DNA of 64,000 nt from Acidimicrobiales bacterium (GTDB lineage Bacteria > Actinomycetota > Acidimicrobiia > Acidimicrobiales > Iamiaceae). Shown here in pieces: positions 37,837-51,213 of the stretch. Below the pieces are notes generated by a model. It was not told the origin of the DNA, made no database searches, and saw nothing but the letters and a program-made list of their open reading frames with translations. Position numbers and translations under genes: made by a program. The stretch's first letter is position 1, and each line of letters opens with the position of its first letter. The stretch is taken from assembly GCA_038233075.1 (NCBI GenBank), contig JBBSMQ010000001.1, positions 111,297 through 175,296 of the forward strand. The letters are read 5' to 3'.

Positions 37837-39143
37837 CCGCCACCTTTGCCGCCCCCCGCTTCCGCTCCCTCGACACCGTCCGCTTCCTGGCCCAACCGTC
37901 GTTCCGGGCCGACCCCTATCCCCTCTACCAGCGACTCCGTGACCACGAGCGGGTGCACCACGCCAGCGTGGGAGCCACGCTCGTGAGCGGGTACGACGAG
38001 GGGCTGGCGGTGCTGAAGGACCCGCACGCCTCGAGCAACGAGGGCCTCGTGGACCTGAGGGTGCGGGCCGGCCGCGACGGAGCCGGGCTGCTGGCCGAGG
38101 CGCCCGGTCGCCTCGTCTTCAAGCTGGCCGACAGCAAGGGCGAAGGCGTCGGCGAGGGAACGTTCATCGCCCTCGTCCAACGGCTCCTGATCAGCCTCGA
38201 TCCGCCCGACCACACCCGCATCCGCGCCTTGGCGTCGCGGGCGTTCACCCCCCGGGTGGTCGAGCGGCTGCGGCCCGACATCGAGTCCCTGGCCCACCGC
38301 CTGCTCGACGACCTGGCCCTCGACGGGGGCACCGAGCTGCTGGAGTCCTACTGCTACAAGTTCCCGGTCATCGTCATCTGCGACCTGCTCGGGGTGCCCA
38401 GCGACGACCACGAACAGTTCGGAGCCTGGGTGCCCGACGTGGTGGCCGGCCTCGACGCCACGGCCGTCACCTCCCGGAAGATCCGCCAGCGGGCCGACGA
38501 CGCCGCCGTCCTACTGGACCGCTACCTCCGCAAGCTCATCGACCGTCGCCGGACGAATCCCGACGACGACCTGCTCTCCGCCCTCATCGCCGCCGCCGAC
38601 GGGGATGACCGCCTGACCGAGGACGAGCTGGTGGCCTTCGCCGCCCTGCTCCTCATCGCCGGCCACGAGACCACCGCCAACCTGATGGGCAACGGCATGC
38701 TGCACCTGTGGCGCCACGCGGACCAGTTCCACCGGTGGCGGACCGAGCCCGAGCTGCGGGCTCGCGGCGTCGAGGAGCTGCTCCGCTACGACAGCCCGGT
38801 CCAGCTCGTCCAGCGCATCCCGGTCGAGCCTCTCGAGGTGGGCGGCGCGTCCATCGCACCCGGCCGGTTCGTGATCGTGCTGCTGGGGGCGGCCAACCGC
38901 GATCCCGAGCGGTTCTCCGACCCGCACCGCCTGGACCTCGGCCGTGACGAGGGCCCGCCGCTCTCCTTCGGCTTCGGAATCCACCACTGCATCGGGGCAC
39001 CGCTGGCCCGGGTCGAGGCCGAGGTGGCGCTGGGCGCACTCTTCGATCGGTTCCCCCGGCTGCGGGTGGAGCTGGACCAACCGCGCTGGAAGCCCACCCT
39101 CATCTTTCGCGGCCTGCGCGAGCTTCCGGTCCGCTGGGACTGA
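37833..39143 (+). CDS. Cytochrome P450
   Basis: ATGA overlap with the TetR stop. I-helix AGHETT, ExxR (ELLR) and the heme-thiolate loop FGFGIHHCIGAPLA. Confidence 0.95.
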   Translation: MTATFAAPRFRSLDTVRFLAQPSFRADPYPLYQRLRDHERVHHASVGATLVSGYDEGLAVLKDPHASSNEGLVDLRVRAGRDGAGLLAEAPGRLVFKLADSKGEGVGEGTFIALVQRLLISLDPPDHTRIRALASRAFTPRVVERLRPDIESLAHRLLDDLALDGGTELLESYCYKFPVIVICDLLGVPSDDHEQFGAWVPDVVAGLDATAVTSRKIRQRADDAAVLLDRYLRKLIDRRRTNPDDDLLSALIAAADGDDRLTEDELVAFAALLLIAGHETTANLMGNGMLHLWRHADQFHRWRTEPELRARGVEELLRYDSPVQLVQRIPVEPLEVGGASIAPGRFVIVLLGAANRDPERFSDPHRLDLGRDEGPPLSFGFGIHHCIGAPLARVEAEVALGALFDRFPRLRVELDQPRWKPTLIFRGLRELPVRWD

Positions 39144-39207
39144 CGACACCGGGACCGTCCACCCCGCTTCTCGCGAGAACGTGGGAGCGGCGGGCGGGCG
39201 AGAACGG

Positions 39208-43079
<3,872 letters not shown>

Positions 43080-43222
43080 CGCCTTCAGGACGCGATTTCC
43101 CGGTCAAAGCGCCGGCGGACCAGCCGCTGACGCTCGGGCTGTGCCGCCAGCTCCGGACGGGGTGGCCGAGGTCTGCCCGGGGCCGACCCACGCGCCTGCC
43201 GGCGCGGATGCTTGCGGCAGCA

Positions 43223-44291
43223 CTAGGCGCCGACGGAGAGGCGCACCCCGGCCAGCTGGTCGTGGATCCGTCGGCCCACCGACCGCGTCAGCTCCAGCAC
43301 CCGCTCGGCCTGGGACAGGTGGTGGAAGGCCAGGCCGCACGCCGGGCTGACCAACGCCTGGCGGCGGATGCGGACCGGGTCGCAGCCGGCCTGCACCAGC
43401 TCGCACCACTGTGCCGACAGCTCGCGCCAGCAGAGCGATGCCGAGTCGCCCAGAGGCCGGTCGGTTGGGACGGCGCCCCAGGCGATCCACCCGTCACGCT
43501 CCAAGAACGCGGCGAGGGCACCGGCACCGGGACCGAAGGCGGCCCCGACGGGCGCCGACAGGATGCTGGGCCCCGCTTGCAGCAGCGTCTTCCAGTCGGT
43601 GGCACCGCAGCAGTGGATGCCGGTGACAGCCTGAGTCTCCCAGGCCGCCAGGGCGCTCGACATCAGGTCGACCACAGCATCGGGGTGGCCCAGCTCCGGG
43701 GGTGGGCCACCGACCAGGGCCGGCTCGTCGAGGAAGGCGACGACGGGGGCCTCGGGAGCGACCGCCCCCACAGCATCGATCAGGGCCACCGCCCGGGCCC
43801 GGACGGCCGCGCCCGCCACCGCTCGGGCGAGCGCCGCTTCGGTGCCGGCATCGACGAGGGCCTGGGCCAGGGTGACCGGGCCCGTCAGCTGGACCTTGAT
43901 GGCCCCGGTGCGGCCGGCGACGGCGGACAGGAAGGTCTGGAGGGTCACGAACGGTGGTCCGGTGAGGCCTCCACCGCCCAGCGGGGCCTCGGGGTCGAGC
44001 CCGTCGGGGTCGACCCCGAGGGTGCCGTCCTCTCGGACGTCCACCCCGGTGATGCCCCACGCGGCCTGGGCCAGCATCGACTCCTGGGGGTCGCGGGCGG
44101 GCAGGCTGGGCGCCGCCGGCAGCTCGGGGAGGTGGCGGAGGACGAAGTCGACGGCGGCGGAGGGGTCGTCGTGAGGGAGGCTCCCCACACCGGTGGGGAC
44201 GCCGAAGGCGGCCGGGACGTGGAGTGGGGCGCAGCTCGATCCCGGCCCTCGCTTCCCCGGTGTGGCGTCTCCGCTCGGCACGAGATCCCCT
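43223..44291 (-). CDS. Cobalamin-independent methionine synthase (MetE C-terminal)-like / URO-D-like superfamily protein
   Basis: Frame of track ORF 43223..44701. GVGSLPHDD near the N-terminus, with putative Zn ligands IHCCG and SPACGL. The start is uncertain (GTG at 44291). Confidence 0.5.
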
Positions 44292-44384
44292 TGTGGTCGC
44301 CGGGTCCTGTCGAGCGGGGCCCGGTCCGTCAGGTCAAGAGTGGTCAGGGGGGCACGCCGTGGGCAAATCTCCCCGGCGGTGTCG

Positions 44385-45266
44385 ATGCCGTCCCCACCCA
44401 CCCTCGCCGTGTGGGCCCTGCGCGCCCTCTGGGTTCTCGTGCCCCTGGCCGTGGGTCCGGTGCTCGGCGACGCGCTCGACGGCCGGTCCGACGCCGTGCG
44501 CGACGTCGCCACCGCGATGGCCTGGACCGGGTGGCTGCTCGTGCTGATCGCCACCCTGGTGCCCCGAGCGTCTAGCCTCACCGCCGTCCGGGTGGGCGTG
44601 CCCGGGGCGCTGGCGGCGGCGGCGTGGGCCGCCGGGCCGGGGAGGCCCGAGACCGACGGGGTCGGCGGGGCGATCGCCGTCGTCGTCGCCGCGGTGGCCA
44701 CCGCCCTCGCTCTCGCGCCCGTCGTCGGCGACGTCTTCGTGACCGGCTCCGCCTACGGCAGCGAGCGGCGCTTCGCCCTCCGGTGCCCGCCAGCGCTCAC
44801 CGCTCTCGCCCTCGTCACCTGGTCGGTGGTCGTCGTCGCCGTGACGGCCGGACCGCTCCTGCTCGCCTCCGAGCAGTGGGTCGCAGGCGGCGCCGCGCTC
44901 GTCGTCGGGGCTGCGGTCGTCGCCGCCGGGGTGCGGTCGCTGCACCAGCTGTCCCGGCGCTGGCTCGTCTTCGTGCCCTCGGGCCTGGTGGTGCACGACC
45001 CCGTGGCCCGGCCCGACGCCGTCATGGCCCCCCGCCCCCTCATCGAGGGCCTCGGACCGGAGCCCGCCGACGACGACGCCCTCGACCTCAGCCTGGGCGC
45101 GACCGGTCTGGCACTGGTGCTGGTGACCTCGGAGTCCCTCCCGGTGACGGTCCGCCGGGGTCGCCAGGACCTCGCCACCCGCACTGCCACCCGGGTGGCC
45201 TTCACCCCCGGCCGTCCGGCCGCCGTGCTGGCCGAAGCCCAGGCCCGCCGCATCCCCGTCGCCTGA
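44385..45266 (+). CDS. Integral membrane protein, unknown function
   Basis: Track ORF 44193..45266 trimmed to the ATG at 44385 (MPSPPTLAVWALRALWVLVPLAVGPVLG). Several TMs, then a soluble C-terminal segment. Confidence 0.6.
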   Translation: MPSPPTLAVWALRALWVLVPLAVGPVLGDALDGRSDAVRDVATAMAWTGWLLVLIATLVPRASSLTAVRVGVPGALAAAAWAAGPGRPETDGVGGAIAVVVAAVATALALAPVVGDVFVTGSAYGSERRFALRCPPALTALALVTWSVVVVAVTAGPLLLASEQWVAGGAALVVGAAVVAAGVRSLHQLSRRWLVFVPSGLVVHDPVARPDAVMAPRPLIEGLGPEPADDDALDLSLGATGLALVLVTSESLPVTVRRGRQDLATRTATRVAFTPGRPAAVLAEAQARRIPVA

Positions 45267-45303
45267 TGGGGGTCGAGCGGGTAGGTGTGACCAGGGATGG
45301 GCG

Positions 45304-45855
45304 GTGGTCAACCTGCTGCGGTGGAACCAGGTGACGAGGTTTGAGCGCTTGAGCGTCACATGCGACGTGAACCGCTCAAGGTCTCGCGCCAGTGGTCGGC
45401 GAGGCCTGTCGGCGACCGAGACGTGCCGAGCCCAAGCCGAGACGGGGCGAAGGTGCCTGCTCCTCGCCGCCGGCAGCCTCCGGTCCGTGCCCCGTGCCAC
45501 GTGGACCGTCACCATCGACCCGGAGGTCGGCCTCGACCCGGCCACCGGCGAGACGACCATCACCGGCACCCTGTCGGACTGCCACCGGGAGGTCGACGTC
45601 TTCACCGACCCCGAGATCGAGCTGACCCAGGGTGGCCTGAGCCAGTACGACGGCGTCGGGTTCCACTGCACGCCCGGCGAGGTGACCCCGTGGTCCAAGG
45701 TGATGCGCGCTCCCTTTCCCTCGCGAGGCGCGTTCCAGCCCGGGCCGGCCTACGTGCAGCTCCACACGGAGTACTGGGAGCCCGAGCTGGGCGAAGCGAT
45801 CGGCCACACCGACTTCGACCGGGACGTGACCATCGTGGAGCGTCCAGCGGGCTGA
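45304..45855 (+). CDS. Hypothetical protein (start uncertain; the real start may be the GTG at 45487)
   Basis: The C-terminal approx. 120 codons have typical GC3-rich usage (TWTVTIDPEVGLDPATGETTITGTLSDCHREVDVFTDPE...). The first approx. 60 codons use atypical codons and contain a repeat structure, so they are probably non-coding. Confidence 0.45.
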   Translation: MVNLLRWNQVTRFERLSVTCDVNRSRSRASGRRGLSATETCRAQAETGRRCLLLAAGSLRSVPRATWTVTIDPEVGLDPATGETTITGTLSDCHREVDVFTDPEIELTQGGLSQYDGVGFHCTPGEVTPWSKVMRAPFPSRGAFQPGPAYVQLHTEYWEPELGEAIGHTDFDRDVTIVERPAG

Positions 45856-45884
45856 CCGAGTGTCCCGCAACCTGCGAGACGGCG

Positions 45885-47036
45885 ATGGCCCAGGACGTGT
45901 GGCAGCGTGCGGCGGTGCTCGTCGACGCCAAGGTCTCCGCCCTACTCACCCGGGTCCGCCAGGAGGTCGACGACGGTCTGCTGCCGGCCGCGCAGGTGGC
46001 CGTGGGCCTGGACGGCGAGGTGGTGGTGGACGAGACCTTCGGGGCCGACCCCTCCACCCGGTTCGTGCCCTTCTCCTGCACCAAGGCCCTGATCGGGGCA
46101 GCCATTTGGCGCCTGGTGGGCGACGGGTCGCTGGACCTGACCGCCCCGGTCGCCACCTACGTCCCCGCCTTCGCCGCCAACGGCAAGGAGGACATCCGGG
46201 TCGAGCAGGTACTCATGCACCTGGGCGGCTTCCCCACGGCCCCGCTCGGCCCCGGCCGGTGGGAGACCCGGGAAGGCCGCCTGGAGGCCTTCGGGCGCTG
46301 GCACCTGACCCTCACGCCGGGCGAGACGTACTTCTACCATCCGACCGCCGGGCACTGGGTACTGGCCGAGGTCATCGAGGTGCTGGCCGGCGAGCCCTAC
46401 GCCGACGCGGTGGAGCGGCTGGTGACCGCCCCCCTCGGGCTGCCCCGGATGCTCGGGATCCGCCTCGACGACCAGGACGAGATCGCCGACGCCGTGGCCG
46501 TCGGCGCCCCGCCCACGCCGGACGAGATGGAGGAGGCCTTCGGCGTCCGCATCGACCTGGCCGAGCTCGTGCCGGCCGACGTCGCCGTCGGCGCCCTGCT
46601 CACCCTCAACTCGCCGGGGGCCCGGGCCCTCGGCGTCCCCGGTGGCGGAGGTGTGGCCCGGGCGGCCGACCTGGCCCGGCTCTACCAGGCCTTCCTGCAC
46701 GACCCCGAGGGTCTGTGGGACCCCGACGTGCTGGTCGATGCCACCGCCACGGTGCGCAACGAGCTGCCGGACCTGTGGGGCGTGCCCGCCAACCGCACCC
46801 GGGGCGGCCTGGTGGTGGCCGGCGACGATGGCCGGGCCCACCTCCGGGGCTTCGGCCGCACCGCCTCGCCCCGGGCCTTCGGCCACAACGGCGCCGGCGG
46901 CCAGCTGGCCTTCGCCGACCCCGAGACCGGCCTGAGCGTCGCCTTCGTCACCAACGGACTCGACCAGCACGTCATCCGCCAGCAGCGCCGCGACACCGCC
47001 ATCGCCAGCCGCGCCGCCGACCTCCTCGCCACCTGA
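45885..47036 (+). CDS. Serine hydrolase, beta-lactamase/transpeptidase-like (class C/EstB type)
   Basis: Trimmed to the ATG at 45885. SxxK motif FSCTKAL and the C-terminal HNGAGGQLAFADPETGLSVAFVTN. Confidence 0.85.
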   Translation: MAQDVWQRAAVLVDAKVSALLTRVRQEVDDGLLPAAQVAVGLDGEVVVDETFGADPSTRFVPFSCTKALIGAAIWRLVGDGSLDLTAPVATYVPAFAANGKEDIRVEQVLMHLGGFPTAPLGPGRWETREGRLEAFGRWHLTLTPGETYFYHPTAGHWVLAEVIEVLAGEPYADAVERLVTAPLGLPRMLGIRLDDQDEIADAVAVGAPPTPDEMEEAFGVRIDLAELVPADVAVGALLTLNSPGARALGVPGGGGVARAADLARLYQAFLHDPEGLWDPDVLVDATATVRNELPDLWGVPANRTRGGLVVAGDDGRAHLRGFGRTASPRAFGHNGAGGQLAFADPETGLSVAFVTNGLDQHVIRQQRRDTAIASRAADLLAT

Positions 47037-47101
47037 GCCCCTCGCGGTCCTGTTCACCGGCCGCGCCCAGGAACTCGCTTCCAACCATTCGAAAGCGACG
47101 G

Positions 47102-47195
47102 GTTCCGAGCCACGAGCGCATCACGGATGACCCGTGGGTGGCGCAGAACGGGGCACATACGGGTCGGCGGGGAGTTCTGAGCCACGAGTGCACCA
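47102..47195. repeat. Degenerate 22-nt direct repeat (19/22) in a convergent intergenic region
   Basis: GTTCCGAGCCACGAGCGCATCA lies at 47102-47123 and GTTCTGAGCCACGAGTGCACCA at 47174-47195. The region is visibly less GC-rich than its flanks. Confidence 0.6.
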
Positions 47196-47224
47196 TGGGC
47201 GGCGCGCGGGGTTCACCCTGTCGC

Positions 47225-48307
47225 CTATTGGCTTGGCCTCTCGGTGATGGGAGCGGCCACGGGCAAGGAGGGAGTGGCGGTGGCCCAGGCCACGACGGCG
47301 TCGCCCCGGTAACCGACCACGGCCTGGCCGGGCGCCACGCGGCGCTCCGGGCGGCGCCAGCGCAGCTCCCGGCCGGCACCGGCCTCCACCAGGCGCCCGG
47401 GGCGGGGGGTGCCGTGGGCGCTCACCTGCCAGGCGACCTCGCCGGCGACCGGGTCGGCCGCCCAGCCGACGTCGGCCACGGGTTGGACCCCGGTGCGGAG
47501 GTCGTCGGCGCCACCCACCACCACCGTGGCGGCGGCCGGGTCGACGGCCACGGCGTAGCGGGGCGCGGTGCCGCCCGGCAGGCCCAGGCCCCGGCGCTGG
47601 CCCACGGTGACGGCCTCGACCGCGGGCACCGTCCCGACCTCGGTGCCGTCGCCGTCGACCACGCGGCCCGGGGTCAGGGCCAGCCGCCGGCCCAGGAAGC
47701 GGACCCGGCCGTCGGCCCGGGTGATGAAGCACACGTCCTGGCTGTCGGGCTTGGTCGCCGTGCGCAAGTCGAGGCGGGCGGCGGCGGCGCGGACCTCGTC
47801 CTTGGTGAGGTCGCCGACGGAGAACAGGACGCGACCGAGCCGATCGTGGTCGAGCCCGGCCAGCACGTAGGACTGGTCCTTGGCCGCATCGGCGCCACGC
47901 GCCACCCGGCGCACCCCGTCGGGCCCGACGGCGACCTTGGCGTGGTGGCCGGTGGCCACGGCATCGAAGCCCAGCCGGTCGGCTCGGGCCAGCAGGGCGC
48001 CGAACTTGATGTGGCGGTTGCACGCCATGCACGGGTTGGGCGTGGTGCCAGTGGCGTGGGCGGCGACGTAGGGAGCGACCACTTCCACCTCGAACTCCTC
48101 GCCGTAGGCGAAGGTGTGGTGCTCGATGCCGAGCGCGTCGGCCACCCGGCGGGCGTCGTCGACGTCGGCCACCGAGCAGCAGCCGGTGTCGGACTCGCCG
48201 CCCCACAGCTTCAGGGTGGCGCCTACGACATCGTGGCCCTCGGCCACCAGCCGGGCCGCGGCGACCGACGAGTCGACCCCACCGGACATGGCGACCAGCA
48301 CCCTCAT
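47225..48307 (-). CDS. mnmA: tRNA 2-thiouridine(34) synthase MnmA
   Basis: PP-loop MRVLVAMSGGVDSSVAA plus GCCSVADVDDARRVADALGI. 360 aa. Confidence 0.95.
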   Translation of the reverse strand: MRVLVAMSGGVDSSVAAARLVAEGHDVVGATLKLWGGESDTGCCSVADVDDARRVADALGIEHHTFAYGEEFEVEVVAPYVAAHATGTTPNPCMACNRHIKFGALLARADRLGFDAVATGHHAKVAVGPDGVRRVARGADAAKDQSYVLAGLDHDRLGRVLFSVGDLTKDEVRAAAARLDLRTATKPDSQDVCFITRADGRVRFLGRRLALTPGRVVDGDGTEVGTVPAVEAVTVGQRRGLGLPGGTAPRYAVAVDPAAATVVVGGADDLRTGVQPVADVGWAADPVAGEVAWQVSAHGTPRPGRLVEAGAGRELRWRRPERRVAPGQAVVGYRGDAVVAWATATPSLPVAAPITERPSQ

Positions 48308-48473
48308 CGGACTGAGGTCGCCGCGCGTGCGCCGGGCGCGGGCAGGCCCGCCCCGGCCTCGTCGAAGATCCAGGCCCCCTCACGCTCCCGCTCCCGGCCC
48401 ACCGCCCACCCGACCCGGTCGGACACCCCGCCCCCCGAACCACACCGAACGCCTCGGTTCGGGCCGGGCCGGG

Positions 48474-49664
48474 TCACGGGCCCGCAGGGGCGGCGACCGC
48501 GGGGACGGCGGCGGCCACGGCCCGGGGCACGGCGGCCAGGGCGTGATCGACCTCGGCCGCGGTGGTGGACCAGCCCAGGGTGAGTCGCAGCGAGCCCCGC
48601 GCCGCCACCTCGTCGACACCGAGGCCCCGGAGGACGTGGGAGGACTCCGTCCCCCCCGAGGCGCAGGACGATGCGGCCGAGGCGGCCACCCCCTCCTGGT
48701 CGAGCAGGAACAGCACCTCATCGGCGGCCACACCCGGCAGACACAGGTGGAGGTGGCCCGCCAGGACGTGGCCGCGGTGCCCGTCGGCGCCGACCACGGT
48801 CTCCCGGAACCCGGGCACCAGGGGGTCGAGCGCAGCGTGCAGCCCTGCAGCCAGACGGTCGCGCTCGGCCGTCACCCGGGCCGCGGTCTCGGCCCGCTGC
48901 TCCAGGACCAGGCGGGCGGCGACGCCGAAGCCCACGATGCCGGCCACGTTGGACGTGCCACTGCGGCGACCCCGCTCCTGGCCGCCACCCCGCAGCAGGG
49001 CGGCGAAGGGGGTCCCCTCCCGGACGACGAGTGCGCCCACGCCCTTGGGTCCGCCCATCTTGTGGGCGCTGAGCGACACCAGCGCGGCCCGAGCCGCGAC
49101 GGCCGGTAGGTCGAGCCAGGGCGCGGCCTGCACCGCATCGGTGTGGAGGGCGGTGCCGGGGCCGAGGCGATCGAGGGCGTCGGCCACTCGGTCGAGGGAC
49201 TCGACGGTACCCACCTCGTTGTTGGCCAGGGCCACCGAGGCCACGGTGGGAGCGACCGGGGCGGCCGCCACTGCAGCCGCGACGGCGTCGAGGTCCACCC
49301 GGCCCCGCTCGTCGACGGCCAGCGGGTGGACGGTGCCACCCAGGCGCGCCGCGGCAACGGCGCCGTCACCCACCGCGTGGTGGTCGATGCACCCGACCAG
49401 GATCGCCCCGGGTCGGGCGCCCACGACGCCAGCCAGGGCGGTGGCGTCGGACTCGGTGCCCCCGGAGGTGAACACCACCTCACCGGGGGCGCAGCCGACC
49501 AGGGCGGCCACCGCGTCACGGGCATCGTCGACGGCCCGACGGGCGTGGCGGGCCGCGGCGTGGGCACCGGAGGGGTTGCCGTGGTGCACGCCGAGGAAGG
49601 GCAACATGGCCTCGACCGCCTCGGGGCGCACGGGAGTGCTGGCCGCGTGGTCCAGGTAGGTCAT
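48474..49664 (-). CDS. Cysteine desulfurase (NifS/IscS class, PLP-dependent)
   Basis: Trimmed to the ATG at 49664 (MTYLDHAASTPVRPEAVEAM...). PLP-lysine SAHKMGGPKGVGAL and the C-terminal SSCASG catalytic Cys loop. Confidence 0.9.
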   Translation of the reverse strand: MTYLDHAASTPVRPEAVEAMLPFLGVHHGNPSGAHAAARHARRAVDDARDAVAALVGCAPGEVVFTSGGTESDATALAGVVGARPGAILVGCIDHHAVGDGAVAAARLGGTVHPLAVDERGRVDLDAVAAAVAAAPVAPTVASVALANNEVGTVESLDRVADALDRLGPGTALHTDAVQAAPWLDLPAVAARAALVSLSAHKMGGPKGVGALVVREGTPFAALLRGGGQERGRRSGTSNVAGIVGFGVAARLVLEQRAETAARVTAERDRLAAGLHAALDPLVPGFRETVVGADGHRGHVLAGHLHLCLPGVAADEVLFLLDQEGVAASAASSCASGGTESSHVLRGLGVDEVAARGSLRLTLGWSTTAAEVDHALAAVPRAVAAAVPAVAAPAGP

Positions 49665-49720
49665 CGGCAGCGGATCGGCGGGCACCGATCCACGGTACCG
49701 GCACCGTCTCTCCCCGCCTG

Positions 49721-50491
49721 TCAGCCCGAGCGCGACGAGCCGGCTCGACGGTAGACGGAGATGTGGTGGTCGGCGGTGTCGTCGAAGGGGGTGGCGGACC
49801 AGTCGGCGTGGCGCTCGTCGAGGCCCAGACCGACCTCGGTGGCCAGGGCGTCGAGCGCCGCCGGCCGGAGGTAGCGCACGTGGCAGGGCCGGAACCGGAC
49901 CCCGTCGGGGGTGATGTCGACGAACGAGCTCCACGACTCCCCCGCCGCCGAGTCGTGACGGTCGACGAAGAGCAGCACCCGGTCGGCGCTGATGCTGCGG
50001 ACCTCGACCGATGACGTGGGCCCGTCCTCGTCGGAGGGCACGAACGCCTCCACGACGAGGCACCCCCCAGGTGCCAGCACCCGGGCCACCTCCGCCAAAC
50101 AGGCCCGCTGGGCCACCTCGGTCGTGAGGTTGAACAGGGTGTTGCGCGCCACCAGGATCACGTCGAAGGGACCGTCGGGGAGAGGTCTTTCCATGTCACC
50201 GACGACGACCCGAACCGCAGCGGCGCCCTCCTTGGCCCGCAGGACGTCGAGCATGGCCTCGGAGGAGTCGAGACCGGTGACGGACACCCCGGCGGCGGCG
50301 AGGGGGAGGGCCAGGCGCCCGGTGCCCACCCCGAGCTCGAGGAGGGTCGGCGGTCGCTCGGCGCCGCTCGCAGTCGCGGCCAGGGCCCGGACGCGGATCA
50401 CCGCGGCCTCGGTGGCCGGGGCGTCGTCGTACCAGTCGTCGTAGACTTCGGCGAAGCGGTCGCCGTAGGTGGCAGCGTCGTAGCCCTCCAT
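49721..50491 (-). CDS. Class I SAM-dependent methyltransferase
   Basis: Trimmed to the ATG at 50491 (MEGYDAATYGDRFAEVYDDWY). Motif I LLELGVGTGRLALPLA. Confidence 0.85.
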   Translation of the reverse strand: MEGYDAATYGDRFAEVYDDWYDDAPATEAAVIRVRALAATASGAERPPTLLELGVGTGRLALPLAAAGVSVTGLDSSEAMLDVLRAKEGAAAVRVVVGDMERPLPDGPFDVILVARNTLFNLTTEVAQRACLAEVARVLAPGGCLVVEAFVPSDEDGPTSSVEVRSISADRVLLFVDRHDSAAGESWSSFVDITPDGVRFRPCHVRYLRPAALDALATEVGLGLDERHADWSATPFDDTADHHISVYRRAGSSRSG

Positions 50492-50649
50492 CCCCGCAGC
50501 CTCCCACCCGGCACGACCGCCCCGCACCCAGACCCCCTGTCACGCCCCCGGTGATCACATCGCACGCGGCTACGTCGAGCTCGTTCACCGGTGCGAGGGG
50601 TGGTGGCTTCGATCCGGGCCTCGGTGCGGGCACAGGCCAGACTGCGCCG

Positions 50650-51096
50650 ATGGGCAAGGTCAAGGTCAGCACCACCATCGACGCCCCACCCCGTCGGGTC
50701 TGGGAGGAGGTCCGCCACCTGGGCCGCCACGTGGACTGGATGGACGACGCGGTGGCCATCCGGTTCACCTCAGGCCGCACCCTCGGCGTGGGCACCACCT
50801 TCGAGTGCGACACCAAGGTCGGCCCCATCCGTCTGACCGACCAGATGGAGGTGACCGAGTGGCGCGAGGGCAGGACCATCGGTGTCCGTCACGTGGGAGT
50901 CGTGACCGGCACCGGGCGCTTCACCGTGCGTCGCGCCCGCCGGGGCCGGACGCGGTTCACCTGGGAGGAGCGCCTCACCTACCCGGCGTGGATGGGCGGA
51001 CCGGTGGGCGGCCTGGTGGGTGACCGGGTCATGGGCCGGATCTGGCGCAAGAACCTGTCGTCGCTCCGCGAGCTGGTCGAGCAGGAGCGAGGCTGA
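50650..51096 (+). CDS. SRPBCC (START/polyketide cyclase-like) family protein
   Basis: Trimmed to the ATG at 50650. MGKVKVSTTIDAPPRRVWEEVRHLGRHVDWM is a typical SRPBCC N-terminus. Confidence 0.8.
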   Translation: MGKVKVSTTIDAPPRRVWEEVRHLGRHVDWMDDAVAIRFTSGRTLGVGTTFECDTKVGPIRLTDQMEVTEWREGRTIGVRHVGVVTGTGRFTVRRARRGRTRFTWEERLTYPAWMGGPVGGLVGDRVMGRIWRKNLSSLRELVEQERG

Positions 51097-51213
51097 CGCG
51101 CCACCGGGACCGCCAGGCGGATCGGTCACAGGAGCGACCAGGACGCCTGCCCGCGCGACGACGGATGCGGAAGGCGGCGAGGGAGACGGGCCGCCGCCGG
51201 TGGGCGGGAGGGA

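Noticed and set aside
39159-39187. Palindrome TTCTCGCGAGAA between the P450 and ligA stops, and hairpin 32036-32063 after the SCP2 gene, considered as intrinsic terminators.
   Set aside because: The stems are short or mismatched and no U-tract follows on either strand. They are plausible but not supportable as terminators from sequence alone.
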